IMG/VR virus record: IMGVR_UViG_3300010352_001575
Coordinates: 30,206-94,205 of that record
DNA: 64,000 bases
Strand: one strand, 5' to 3'
Source: a virus
Both the position numbers and the translations under genes were made by a program. Below the pieces are notes generated by a model, which saw nothing but the letters and a program-made list of their open reading frames with translations, did not search any database and had not been told where the DNA came from. Of the stretch, positions 50,566 to 60,228 are shown one piece after another; the stretch's first letter is position 1; each line of letters opens with the position of its first letter.

Positions 50566-52185
50566 ATGGCAAAGAAAATAGCATACTCAGATGAGGCCCG
50601 GGCGTGTATCAAGGCCGGTATGGACAAAGTTGCCGCGGCCGTCCGCGTGTCGTTAGGCCCGAAAGGCCGTAGCGTTATTCTGGAAAGAAAGTACGGCGTA
50701 CCGATAGTTATAGACGACGGTGTGTCTATCGCACGGGAAATCGACTTAGAGGATCCTTTTGAGAACCTCGGCGCACAGCTGCTTAAGGAAGTGTCCGCGC
50801 GCACCAACGATGTTTCTGGCGATGGTACCACCACGGCTACAGTTCTAGCCCACTCCATTCTGTCTGAGGGAATGAAGGTAATCGCCTCTGGCGCTAATCC
50901 CACTTTCGTAAAACGCGGCATAGAGAAAGCCGTTGTGGCTGTCACGGAAGAGATTAAGAAAATCGCCAAGCCAGTCAAGACCAAAGAGGAAACCGCACAG
51001 GTTGCCACCATATCGTCCAACGATCCCGAGATCGGCAAGATGATCGCCGATGCTATGGAGAAGGTTGGGCACGAGGGTGTGATATCTGTGGAGGAAGGCA
51101 GAGGCTCCGAGACCACTGTGGAAGTGGTTGAGGGTATGAAGCTGGACCGAGGATACCTATCTCCTCATTTCGTTACGGACGCCGAGCGAATGGAGTGCGT
51201 GCTTCAGGATTGTCTGATCATCGTCAGCGATCTTAAGGTTTTCCAGGCACAGCTAGAGATGCTGCCTTTCCTTGAAAAAATCGTGAAGCTGGGCAAGTCG
51301 TTCCTGCTGGTGGTAGACAGCTTGGAAGGCGAGGCCCTTGCTATCACAGTAGTTAACAAGCTACAGGGCAAGATTCGCTGCGCAGCGATCAAAGCCCCTG
51401 GGTTTGGCGAGGCCAAAAAGGAAGCTCTTGTCGACTTAGCCACTGTCGTTGGCGCCAAAGTTGTGTCTGCGGATAAAGGTCTCAACCTTGTCAAAATGAC
51501 TGCCGATATGATCGGACACGCCGAGCGTGTCATCATAGATAAAGACAGCACCATCATTGTTAACGGAGATGGCAAGAAAGAAGACATTGAGAAGCGTGCC
51601 GGGCTGATCCGTGCTCAGGCAAAAGAAGCCACTAACGAGTATGACCGCAATAACCTCAACGAGCGTCTTGCCAAACTGACCGGCGGTGTTGCAGTCATTT
51701 ATGTCGGCGCCGCTACTGAGACGGAAATGCGCGCCAAGAAATCCAAAGTGGAAGATGCTAAGAACGCTACCAAAGCCGGTATCGAAGAGGGTCTGGTTCC
51801 TGGCGGTGGTGTTGCTCTGGTCCGATGTGAGAAGATACTCGACAGCGTTAAGGGCGACAACGAGGACGAGACCATCGGTATCAACATCGTGAAGAAGGCG
51901 CTGTCTGCTCCTCTCAAGCAGCTGATATTCAACGCCGGACTCGACGGCGCAGTGATACTCAGCGATGTCAGAAAGTCGTCAGAGCCCACCTATGGCTATG
52001 ACGCTGACAAGATGGAATACTGCGACTTGATAAAGTCAGGCGTGGTAGATCCTGCTAAGGTTGTCCGTTCCGCTCTGCAGAATGCTGCGTCTGTAGTTGG
52101 AACTGTACTGATGACGGAATGTTTGATAGTTACGGCTCCTGAACCCAAGAACAACAATCAAACTGAGCCGTATCCTGTGTCCTAA
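50566..52185 (+). CDS. groEL: Chaperonin GroEL
   Basis: [57 protein letters not shown]; no GGM tail. Confidence 0.97.
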   Translation: MAKKIAYSDEARACIKAGMDKVAAAVRVSLGPKGRSVILERKYGVPIVIDDGVSIAREIDLEDPFENLGAQLLKEVSARTNDVSGDGTTTATVLAHSILSEGMKVIASGANPTFVKRGIEKAVVAVTEEIKKIAKPVKTKEETAQVATISSNDPEIGKMIADAMEKVGHEGVISVEEGRGSETTVEVVEGMKLDRGYLSPHFVTDAERMECVLQDCLIIVSDLKVFQAQLEMLPFLEKIVKLGKSFLLVVDSLEGEALAITVVNKLQGKIRCAAIKAPGFGEAKKEALVDLATVVGAKVVSADKGLNLVKMTADMIGHAERVIIDKDSTIIVNGDGKKEDIEKRAGLIRAQAKEATNEYDRNNLNERLAKLTGGVAVIYVGAATETEMRAKKSKVEDAKNATKAGIEEGLVPGGGVALVRCEKILDSVKGDNEDETIGINIVKKALSAPLKQLIFNAGLDGAVILSDVRKSSEPTYGYDADKMEYCDLIKSGVVDPAKVVRSALQNAASVVGTVLMTECLIVTAPEPKNNNQTEPYPVS

Positions 52186-52193
52186 GCCAACCT

Positions 52194-52233
52194 CCTGCAG
52201 CGGCTCTTTCTCCCCTGTGAGAGCCGCTGCAGG
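52194..52233 (+). other. 14-bp hairpin after groEL (mRNA stabiliser or atypical terminator)
   Basis: CCTGCAGCGGCTCT...AGAGCCGCTGCAGG; no U-tract. Confidence 0.7.
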
Positions 52234-52385
52234 TACTATATCGAGGATTAAAATGAAAAAGAATTTGGGCGTTAAAATGACCATATCTTCAGGAAAGTCG
52301 CTTAAAGCCACTGAGCTGGTTAAGCTGATTACTTCAGCGTTTCCTACAACAAAGAGCACACCTACGAACAAGAAGAGCGAAAAAT

Positions 52386-53184
52386 ATGGTTCAAGAAAAA
52401 ATAAAAAGTAATTCTATCTTCAGTAAATGCCTGCTGAACCATATATCTACTGAGGTAAAGCTAGCCAGGCGTTCCAACAGCGTTAGTATGCGCCCGGCCA
52501 CGGCAGCGGCATCAGCTGCCAAGTTATTATTGAAGCATTGTCGCGATCCCAAGTTGTACCTTGAGGCTGTTCGCTACCTAGAGATTTTGGGCATATTCGG
52601 AACATTGTCGCCAATAAACAAGCCGGAGAAGGGAGACTATAAAGAAGTGAAGTCGGTCGATTCACGCGGGGTACCATATTCGCTGTGTGTACACAGCCGG
52701 CACCCTTACTTGTTCAGCTCAGACAACGGAAGGACTTGGTACTTATATGACACACGAAGACAACTCAGAAAGCCCGTCAAATTCCCATTCTCACCGGAAA
52801 TTTGAAAACATATTTCCGAAGACGCTACATTTTTTACGGGTAGTTCCTAAAAACAGCAAGTATGTCATAACCACTAAAGACCTGGAGTATGTGCGCAGTA
52901 TAGTGTCAAAACATATTGCAGACCGTCCGGAGATGAAGTCGGAGGATATGGCGCTACGAGTTAAGGATCTGGAGCTATCGCTCCCGTCTCGGCGCAGGGT
53001 CAGTTTAATCCACACGCCCATAACGCTATATGGTCCTTCTGTGTTTTTGACGAAAGCCAAGGGCTTTGCAGCCAAGGATATGGAGGTAGTAAGAAAAGCC
53101 ATAGTAGCTTTCGTTCATTCTAAGACAGAGGGTATATTCATTTTGAACGGAGCCATAGATATACAACAGCAAGGGGCTAACTGA
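52386..53184 (+). CDS. Two hypothetical genes (52386-52805 and about 52747-53184)
   Basis: ORFs between the two chaperonin genes. Confidence 0.55.
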
Positions 53185-54698
53185 TGCTATCCGGGTTAGA
53201 GCAATCGGTTTCCTTGTTGTACGGACCGACTAAACGAAATATATTGACGAACGCTGAACACAACAGCTGTGGGGTTCAATCCACCACGCTATCGGAATTT
53301 CTAATGTATTCCCACGACAACGATATCTTTAGAGACTCCGATAGCTCGTTTGTAGCTGAAGCTGCCAGGATCTGCCGGGAGCGATACGGCTGCGGCACCG
53401 GCACCGCGGTGCTGTTGTTTACTGAGTTGTGCGCTAAGGCTAAGAAGCTGAGCGCGGCCGGACATCACTTCAAAGAAATACAGAACGCCATATCGGCAGT
53501 GTCAGAACTGGTGTTGCAGAGTTTGGCGCGCAGGGCAAAAGTTTGTTCTTCTGAGGATATTCGCAAAGTTGTTCTGACTGCATTTCCTAGCCTAGGAACC
53601 GATAGCGCTGATTTAGTATGCTCTGCCATAAGCCACGCAGGGCCAGAAGGAAAGGTAGCGGTGCTGAGAGGAAATACCGCGGATACATTCGTAAACAAAA
53701 TAAGCGGCATCGTGATAAACGCTACGGTGCCTAAGTTTATTTTTACTGGTCGTAGCGTTCCGGTAATCTTTGACCGGCCAGACATTTTGGTGTCTAGCGT
53801 GCCGCTAGCGATTGAGGACATTACCAACATATTGGTATACGCTAACAAAGGCGGAATTCCGTTAGTAATGCTAGCGCCGGCCTTTGGAGCAGGATTTGAG
53901 CTAACACTGGAGAAAAACGCAGACAAGGGTGCGCTGGTTTGCATAAACTGCGTGCCTAATGTTGGGCAATCGGAACGAGATGAATTTTTTGGAGATATAG
54001 CTAGCCTGACAGGGGCTCGGTTGGTGGACAATACTTTCACATCAGGAAACATAGACATTAGCGTTCTAGGCACGGCTGACTCTGCGGACATATACTCTGC
54101 CAAACTGACGATACACAAAGAACCCCCGGAGCGTGCTAGCAGAGAGTTGGAGAAGGTGTCGGAAAAGATGGACAAGTGCCGAGATAGATTTGAGGCTACC
54201 GTATTACGGCAGCGGCATAATCTGTTGTCCGCTAAAACTTCCGAGATTGTGGTAGGAGCCTTTACGCAGTTTGAGCAAGACAAAAAATATTTTGATTTTG
54301 TAAACGCAGTCTATGCAGCCAAGCAAGCGCAGAAGCACGGAAGCATCGTAGGAGCTGGGTACGACCTATACCAGGCGGCGGTAGACGCAGCTAATGCCAT
54401 AGCGGCAGACCCATTGGCTAGGTCGGTATGCGCGTGTTTCGCCGCTCCAGCCAGGGCCATAGCAGAAGACGAAATAGACCAATACAACAATGGTTTGCTT
54501 CTTGACAAGGTTAGGAATAATTTAGTAGAATATTCAGACTCGAGTATCTTAGACTCGTACGAAGCAATCAGGGGCGCCGTTTTGGTATCTGCCGAACTGG
54601 CCGCTACATATATCGGAAGCGAGAGGATCAACAATGGCGATAATCACAATGGGAGTAGATCCATCACTGACAGCAACAGCGGCAGTAGTTCTCAGTGA
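53184..54698 (+). CDS. Divergent GroEL-like protein with degenerate ATP-binding motifs
   Basis: YGP..RNIL, GCGTGTA (for GDGTTT), G.EG.V, DIASLTGA, LG.A, I.VGA.T..E, G...GAG, .LD....R.A... Confidence 0.8.
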   Translation: MLSGLEQSVSLLYGPTKRNILTNAEHNSCGVQSTTLSEFLMYSHDNDIFRDSDSSFVAEAARICRERYGCGTGTAVLLFTELCAKAKKLSAAGHHFKEIQNAISAVSELVLQSLARRAKVCSSEDIRKVVLTAFPSLGTDSADLVCSAISHAGPEGKVAVLRGNTADTFVNKISGIVINATVPKFIFTGRSVPVIFDRPDILVSSVPLAIEDITNILVYANKGGIPLVMLAPAFGAGFELTLEKNADKGALVCINCVPNVGQSERDEFFGDIASLTGARLVDNTFTSGNIDISVLGTADSADIYSAKLTIHKEPPERASRELEKVSEKMDKCRDRFEATVLRQRHNLLSAKTSEIVVGAFTQFEQDKKYFDFVNAVYAAKQAQKHGSIVGAGYDLYQAAVDAANAIAADPLARSVCACFAAPARAIAEDEIDQYNNGLLLDKVRNNLVEYSDSSILDSYEAIRGAVLVSAELAATYIGSERINNGDNHNGSRSITDSNSGSSSQ

Positions 54699-55173
54699 TG
54701 GTCAGATACTTTTTCAAGGAATTATAAAGTCCAAAGTCAAAGGTGTTGCCCGGCTGTCTGATTTGGAGTCTCAATTTCAAAAGCTGATAAAGGACAACCC
54801 AGTCAGCCTAATAGCCATCGAAGGGTACGCGTACGGAATGAGCAAAAGCAGTATGCTAGCGTCCTTAGGAGAACTCGGCGGATTGCTAAGAGTGGCGATG
54901 CACCGGGCCAAAGTCTCTTATGTGAATGTGTCTCCTGGCACTCTTAAGAAATTCGTGACAGGAAAAGGTAATCATAAAAAAGAGCAAATGCTTATGTTCA
55001 CTTTACAGAAGTGGGGCGTAGCGTTTGAAGACAACAACCTGTGCGACGCGTACGGCTTAGCTAGAGTGGCAGAGGCAGTGCTCACAGGCGAGAGCAGTTC
55101 AGGAAACAAAACTCTTAAAAAGTTGGCCGCAGAGATCCGAGCGTACGACGCGTCGGTTAACCCTAAAGCATAG
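54634..55173 (+). CDS. ruvC: RuvC-like Holliday junction resolvase
   Basis: MGVDPSLT.T...IAIEG...ELGG...P.TLKKF.TGKG...K...NLCDAY.LA. Confidence 0.85.
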   Translation: MAIITMGVDPSLTATAAVVLSDGQILFQGIIKSKVKGVARLSDLESQFQKLIKDNPVSLIAIEGYAYGMSKSSMLASLGELGGLLRVAMHRAKVSYVNVSPGTLKKFVTGKGNHKKEQMLMFTLQKWGVAFEDNNLCDAYGLARVAEAVLTGESSSGNKTLKKLAAEIRAYDASVNPKA

Positions 55174-55180
55174 GCAATAT

Positions 55181-55897
55181 ATGTACTCAACTGAACAGAA
55201 AGAATACCTTGGCACTCTTAAAGCCACGCTGATCGATAGCTGCCCTAAGTGTGCAGGAACTGACCTAGCGTGTTCCTGCTACGCGGCCTTCGAGTCCTCG
55301 GCCGGCATAGTTAGGTCAGGAATCCCTAGAAAGTACTGGGAAGCCAGTGATGCAGATATTTTAGCGGCGTGTAAGCAAGCGAAGGGACAGCTGGCTGAGT
55401 ATCTGGAGGATTTGAGAGGCAATATTTATAAAGGTCTGGGGCTGTATGTCTACGGCGCGTCTAGCAGCGCGCGTACCGCTTTTTGTAGCATAATTGTACG
55501 GGACGTGGTTAGACAGCTGAGCGGATCCGCTGCCTTTCGAACCCGAGACGAGTTTACCGACCAGATTAAAAATTCAAAAGCCACTGACAAGGAAGACCAG
55601 TTGCTAGAGTATTTTTCATCTGTAAATCTTTTGGTCATAGATAATGTTAGCTTTGTTTACCGGGCTAACCGGGCCGATATGGCGTACCCAGACTATTTAT
55701 TTGGCAAGGTGGTGAAGCAGCGCGAGAACTCCGGAAGGTCTACGATACTCACGGCAGATATTTCTTTTATGGACTTTCAATCAGACCTTAAGGCTAGGCA
55801 TATGCCCGACCTGAGCGATAGTCCTGGAGTTTATACTATTGTCTGTATGGATGACAAACATGGTAAAAGCACTAAGAAGATTAGCAAAAAAGTTTAG
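55181..55897 (+). CDS. DnaC/IstB-like helicase loader with degenerate Walker A
   Basis: CPKC...CSC; SGIP..Y; GLYVYGASSSART in the P-loop position; LLVIDN; R.....TILT. Confidence 0.65.
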   Translation: MYSTEQKEYLGTLKATLIDSCPKCAGTDLACSCYAAFESSAGIVRSGIPRKYWEASDADILAACKQAKGQLAEYLEDLRGNIYKGLGLYVYGASSSARTAFCSIIVRDVVRQLSGSAAFRTRDEFTDQIKNSKATDKEDQLLEYFSSVNLLVIDNVSFVYRANRADMAYPDYLFGKVVKQRENSGRSTILTADISFMDFQSDLKARHMPDLSDSPGVYTIVCMDDKHGKSTKKISKKV

Positions 55898-56303
55898 CCA
55901 ATGGCTGGACTCTTTCGAAGATAAAGAGGTAGTGGACCGAGACAAGATATTGTCGGCCGTGACGCGTAAAATGTGCCGAGTATACCCAGGGCTGAGCGCA
56001 GAGCTAAAGTTTATTGATTTGAGAAAGTCGGCAACACTAAAGATGGGCAAAGGACTTAGCAAGGCGGAAGCGGCTGCAATGTTGCGTCCTGCCACGGAGT
56101 GGACCAAAGAAGCAGAGAGTATAAGGAACCACATAAATATGATAGTAGATTCCCGTCTAACAGGGAGGCCATTGTTCATCGTCACGGAGAACAAAAAGAT
56201 TCAAAGCAACATCAATGTCTTAAAGTCTGCCTTTCCGGAGATTGCCGAAATTTGTAGTTCCGCAGAAAGGCCTTTCGGTTTCGATCACATACAGGGGACA
56301 TAA
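55839..56303 (+). CDS. Hypothetical protein
   Basis: ORF between the loader and the helicase. Confidence 0.6.
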   Translation: MSVWMTNMVKALRRLAKKFSQWLDSFEDKEVVDRDKILSAVTRKMCRVYPGLSAELKFIDLRKSATLKMGKGLSKAEAAAMLRPATEWTKEAESIRNHINMIVDSRLTGRPLFIVTENKKIQSNINVLKSAFPEIAEICSSAERPFGFDHIQGT

Positions 56304-57725
56304 ATGCCAGCGTCATACGAAAAGCAGCTAATAGGTCATTTGCTGAAGGATGTCACCGCTTACAAAAAAGTAGTAGACCGTAGCGTAAGCGGAGAGTTGT
56401 TCATCGAGGAAAGGACGAAGCCGTTAAACAGGTTGTCCACCTTGTACGATATCGCCTTGGACTTTTTCAAGGAGTATCACCAACCGATTACTCGTGATGT
56501 AATAGAAGAGCTGTCTAAGGAGGCAGACTCTTCTGGAGAGATAGGCGTTCAGTTGCTCGCAGCTTGCGACGAGGTGCAATTGTTAGATAGCCTATCTCCT
56601 CTGGATTTTTTGATAGACGAGCTCAGAACTGCTTATAGCAAAGCCGAGTTTAGAAAAATTTTACAAAGCGGTGCCGAGCACTATAACAGCGGAAAGATAG
56701 AGCAAGGAATTTCGCTAGTGCAATCTTCGTTGTTTAAGATGTCGAAGATAAACAACGAGTACACAGATTCTTCGGAAATTCAGGACAATGCAGACGAGCG
56801 CATGCAGCGGTACACCACCGAAGGAAAGTCAGGAATATTCACAGGGTTTAAAACTTTGGACAGAGTGACGAACGGATTATACCCTGGGCAGTTGATGGTA
56901 GTAGCCGCCGGCACTGGAGAGGGTAAGTCTACTCTAGTTCTGAACATAGCCTATAACGCCTGGCGCCGGTACGGCGGTAATGTGCTGTATGTCACTATTG
57001 AGAACCACAAAGAAGACATAGAGCGAAGAAGAGACAGCCTAGCGGCTAAGGTACCTCAGCTTCACCTTAAATTCGGAAAGCTCACTCCACAGGAGCTGGG
57101 CAGAGTCAAAGACGAATTGGAATATCAAAAGCACGCACCGAATGTGTTTACTACAGTAGAGCGGATTATGGACTGCACGCCGGAATTTATAGACGCTAAG
57201 TTATCTGAGATACGACCAAGAAAGTACGATCTTCTCGTAGTCGACTATGTTCAGATTATGTCTTTGTCCAAGCGAGGCGGAACACAAGACCATATGTATT
57301 TTAAGGAACTGATAGAGCAATTCCGACAAGTTGCTAATTCGCATAGAGTCCCGGTCATAACGCCATCACAGGTTAGCCGAACCGGGCACAAAGACAAGCA
57401 GCCGTTCTACGACGACTACTCCGACGCTCTATCGCAGTTCATAGCTAACACGGCGGATATACGCCTGTCTCTCAAGAACAAAAACCCTGACGATGACTTT
57501 GCGTCTGGAGTAAAGGATATGGAGATAGTCGTTACTAAGCACCGTGACGGGTCTAAAGCCAAGTTTCAAATCAAGGCTAACATGGAAAGGATGATGATGC
57601 AGGAGGTTGATAACTATGAAGCTGAGCCAGCTAAGAAAAAACTTGAGTACGACGACCCAGGCGACAAAAGAGAGCTCTTTGGATCCGGCGAAGATACTCA
57701 AGTTCAAGGACCAGCCGCTAGCTGA
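56304..57725 (+). CDS. dnaB: DnaB-like replicative helicase
   Basis: TGF..LD....G...GQL.VVAAGTGEGKS, LLVVDY.QIM, SQVSR, TKHRDG. Confidence 0.92.
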   Translation: MPASYEKQLIGHLLKDVTAYKKVVDRSVSGELFIEERTKPLNRLSTLYDIALDFFKEYHQPITRDVIEELSKEADSSGEIGVQLLAACDEVQLLDSLSPLDFLIDELRTAYSKAEFRKILQSGAEHYNSGKIEQGISLVQSSLFKMSKINNEYTDSSEIQDNADERMQRYTTEGKSGIFTGFKTLDRVTNGLYPGQLMVVAAGTGEGKSTLVLNIAYNAWRRYGGNVLYVTIENHKEDIERRRDSLAAKVPQLHLKFGKLTPQELGRVKDELEYQKHAPNVFTTVERIMDCTPEFIDAKLSEIRPRKYDLLVVDYVQIMSLSKRGGTQDHMYFKELIEQFRQVANSHRVPVITPSQVSRTGHKDKQPFYDDYSDALSQFIANTADIRLSLKNKNPDDDFASGVKDMEIVVTKHRDGSKAKFQIKANMERMMMQEVDNYEAEPAKKKLEYDDPGDKRELFGSGEDTQVQGPAAS

Positions 57726-58206
57726 TTTTGCTGCGCAGATAGGTCTGCGGCTCAAGCGAACGGGGGATAAGTACAACTGTCTGTGTCCATTTCACGGAGA
57801 CAGGGGCACGCCCAATTTATTTATCTACCCGGAGTCCGATAGCTTCTATTGTTTTGCCTGCAATACTGGTGGTGGCAAGCAATTTTTCATAGCCAAATTG
57901 TTCAACATAAATGTTTACGACATTGAGAAAATTTGGTATAATAAAGATCACGAGCACACAAAGGACAAAGGGTTTTCGTTAGAATTAGCTGGAGTTGCTG
58001 AGGTAGACTACTCAAACGAGGCATACAAATATCTCAGCCGGTGGGCCAACTCAGTCAGCGCTAAGATAGGCAAGTTTTCTAAGCACGATTACGAGATAGT
58101 GGCTGAGTGGATATACACAGGGAAGGCAAAGACGCGATCAGGATACGACGCGATAATAAAGTACCTGAAGCAAACGGAGAACGGAAATGGAATCAAAAAC
58201 AGCTGA
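57616..58206 (+). CDS. CHC2 zinc-finger protein (primase Zn-binding domain without TOPRIM)
   Basis: CLCPFH.D..TP...YP....FYCFAC..GG; AGGAGG RBS at 57601. Confidence 0.8.
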   Translation: MKLSQLRKNLSTTTQATKESSLDPAKILKFKDQPLADFAAQIGLRLKRTGDKYNCLCPFHGDRGTPNLFIYPESDSFYCFACNTGGGKQFFIAKLFNINVYDIEKIWYNKDHEHTKDKGFSLELAGVAEVDYSNEAYKYLSRWANSVSAKIGKFSKHDYEIVAEWIYTGKAKTRSGYDAIIKYLKQTENGNGIKNS

Positions 58207-58663
58207 GCAATATTACGCGGAAGCGGCAGAGGTAAAGAAGCTGATGGTATCGCTTGACCTTAGTGACCCTACGCCCGAAAAGATAAATCCTCAAATAGAG
58301 CTAGTAAACAGAAACTATAACAAGGTCACGGAAAAGCTAATGGACGCCAGGTTCGACCTAGCTGTGTCTAAGTCCCTGCGCGGCGCGTCAAAAGTTCAGC
58401 TATCGCTGGCCACCAGTCGTGCGCTTCTGTCCCCTGAAATAAAGGAACTGAAGTCTGCCGATATACGCAAGGAAGCCAGCAACGCTAAAACGGAACAGGC
58501 CCAGGAGCAGTCCGCGGCTGCAGACAACGAATTGTACATATCTGAGGCGTACTTTGAGTCGGTTAAGTTCGTATACGACAACCTCAGCGAGGCTCAACAG
58601 CTTTTAAAAGAAGAGCTGAAGATGTTAAATAACTCTCTGTGGTCGGAGATGCGCAAGGGATGA
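58187..58663 (+). CDS. Helical coiled-coil protein, possibly a UvsY-like recombination mediator
   Basis: 158-aa helical protein near recA; assignment from context only. Confidence 0.4.
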   Translation: MESKTAEQYYAEAAEVKKLMVSLDLSDPTPEKINPQIELVNRNYNKVTEKLMDARFDLAVSKSLRGASKVQLSLATSRALLSPEIKELKSADIRKEASNAKTEQAQEQSAAADNELYISEAYFESVKFVYDNLSEAQQLLKEELKMLNNSLWSEMRKG

Positions 58664-58971
58664 CACAAACTAGGCCAGCGTTTATACGCAGCTTGACCGT
58701 CAACAAATCTTTGGATGGCAAGGAGTTTTTAAAGATTTGTTTTGAGACCTGCGATGGTCAAGCAGTGGCGTGGCCGGAAGTCAGGGTGCCGCTAGAGCTA
58801 AGCCCGGGCTCAGGGCTATACAAGGTAATGGTAGCCACTGGAATGAATGTAATACGGGCTATGGAAGAGAAAGCCATAAACGAGGAAGAACTTAAAGGCA
58901 AGAAGTGCATAGTGTCATACCACAACAACGGGGAATATTACGAATGCACTCAGTGCAGGAGACTATTATGA
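58660..58971 (+). CDS. Hypothetical beta-rich protein, possibly OB-fold/ssDNA-binding
   Basis: KS..GK.FLKI.FE...LKGKKC.V pattern; context. Confidence 0.35.
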   Translation: MTQTRPAFIRSLTVNKSLDGKEFLKICFETCDGQAVAWPEVRVPLELSPGSGLYKVMVATGMNVIRAMEEKAINEEELKGKKCIVSYHNNGEYYECTQCRRLL

Positions 58972-59190
58972 ACGCCGGGGATATGTGTGCAGTATACGCA
59001 CCGCGTAGGAATAAGTACTTTTATTTCACAGTGGTAGTTCATAGTAATGGAAATTTGTTTCCGTGTTTTACATCGGACATAAACAAAGCCTGGCCTAACC
59101 TTCCGGGTCTTGCTGTTGGTTGGACAAAAAAGGGAATGCCATACGCAATCCTATCAGACGAAGCTAAAAAAGCAGTGAGGAGAATACTGG

Positions 59191-60228
59191 ATGAAAAAAG
59201 ATAAAGATACCGAACAGGGGAGCGAATCAGAAGGAAAGTTAAAAGCGCTGGAGACCGCGCTTAGCGAAATACGCAAAAGCGGAACTCAGGTGTTTTGCGG
59301 TAGCAAAGGAAGGATGGACGACATAGGCAAATTTTCCACAGGCCTGTTTACGCTAGATCAAGCGCTGTCAGGTGGGATGGGCAAGGGCACAGTCGTAGAG
59401 ATTTACGGCCCGGAAGCGGGCGGCAAAACATCTACCTGTCTTCATCTTGTGGCTCAAGTTCAGAAGATGGGAGGGGTTGCTGCATACATAGACGCCGAGC
59501 ACGCCCTGGACCCGGCGTACGCCGCCACCTTTGGCGTTGATATGGACGCTCTGCTAGTGTGTCAGCCGGACTCCGGAGAGCAAGCTATGGATGTCACGGA
59601 GAAGCTGGTAAGCTCTGGCGCGGTTAGCTTAGTGGTAGTAGACTCGGTCGCCGCACTCACACCACAGGCCGAGATAGAGGGAGAGATGGGGGATAGCCAC
59701 GTGGGCCTGCAAGCTCGCCTGATGTCTCAGGGTTTGCGCAAGCTAAACGCCACGATCTCTAAGACCAAAACTACCGTCATTTTCATTAACCAGATCAGAA
59801 TGAAAATAGGCGTGATGTACGGAAACCCAGAGACGACCCCAGGAGGCTTGGCTCTCAAGTTCTACGCATCGCAGCGCTTGGAGGTAAGGTCTGCGGCTGG
59901 CGATAAGTTCAAGGACGGAGACACGGTTTACGGGATGGATGTCAAAATTAAAGTGATCAAGAACAAGATAGGTATGCCGTACAAATCTACGGCCATACCG
60001 TTAATCTTCGGCAAGGGTTTCGACAAATCAAGAGACCTGGCCAATGCAGCTATCGCGTCGGGCGTTATAAAGCAGTCCGGCGCGTCGTACTCATTCGGAG
60101 GAGAGAAGCTATCGCTAGGTTTGGATAAGCTCTATGCAGCCCTAGCCTCAAATACCGACTTGACTGAGCGGGTAAAAACTGCTATGATATCTCCTATCGA
60201 AAACAAAACAAGTGAGGAGACAAAATGA
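59191..60228 (+). CDS. recA: Recombinase RecA
   Basis: EIYGPEAGGKT, IDAEHALD, QPDSGEQA, VVDSVAAL, ARLMSQ.LRK, FINQIR.KIGVMYGNPETTPGG.ALKFYAS. Confidence 0.97.
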   Translation: MKKDKDTEQGSESEGKLKALETALSEIRKSGTQVFCGSKGRMDDIGKFSTGLFTLDQALSGGMGKGTVVEIYGPEAGGKTSTCLHLVAQVQKMGGVAAYIDAEHALDPAYAATFGVDMDALLVCQPDSGEQAMDVTEKLVSSGAVSLVVVDSVAALTPQAEIEGEMGDSHVGLQARLMSQGLRKLNATISKTKTTVIFINQIRMKIGVMYGNPETTPGGLALKFYASQRLEVRSAAGDKFKDGDTVYGMDVKIKVIKNKIGMPYKSTAIPLIFGKGFDKSRDLANAAIASGVIKQSGASYSFGGEKLSLGLDKLYAALASNTDLTERVKTAMISPIENKTSEETK

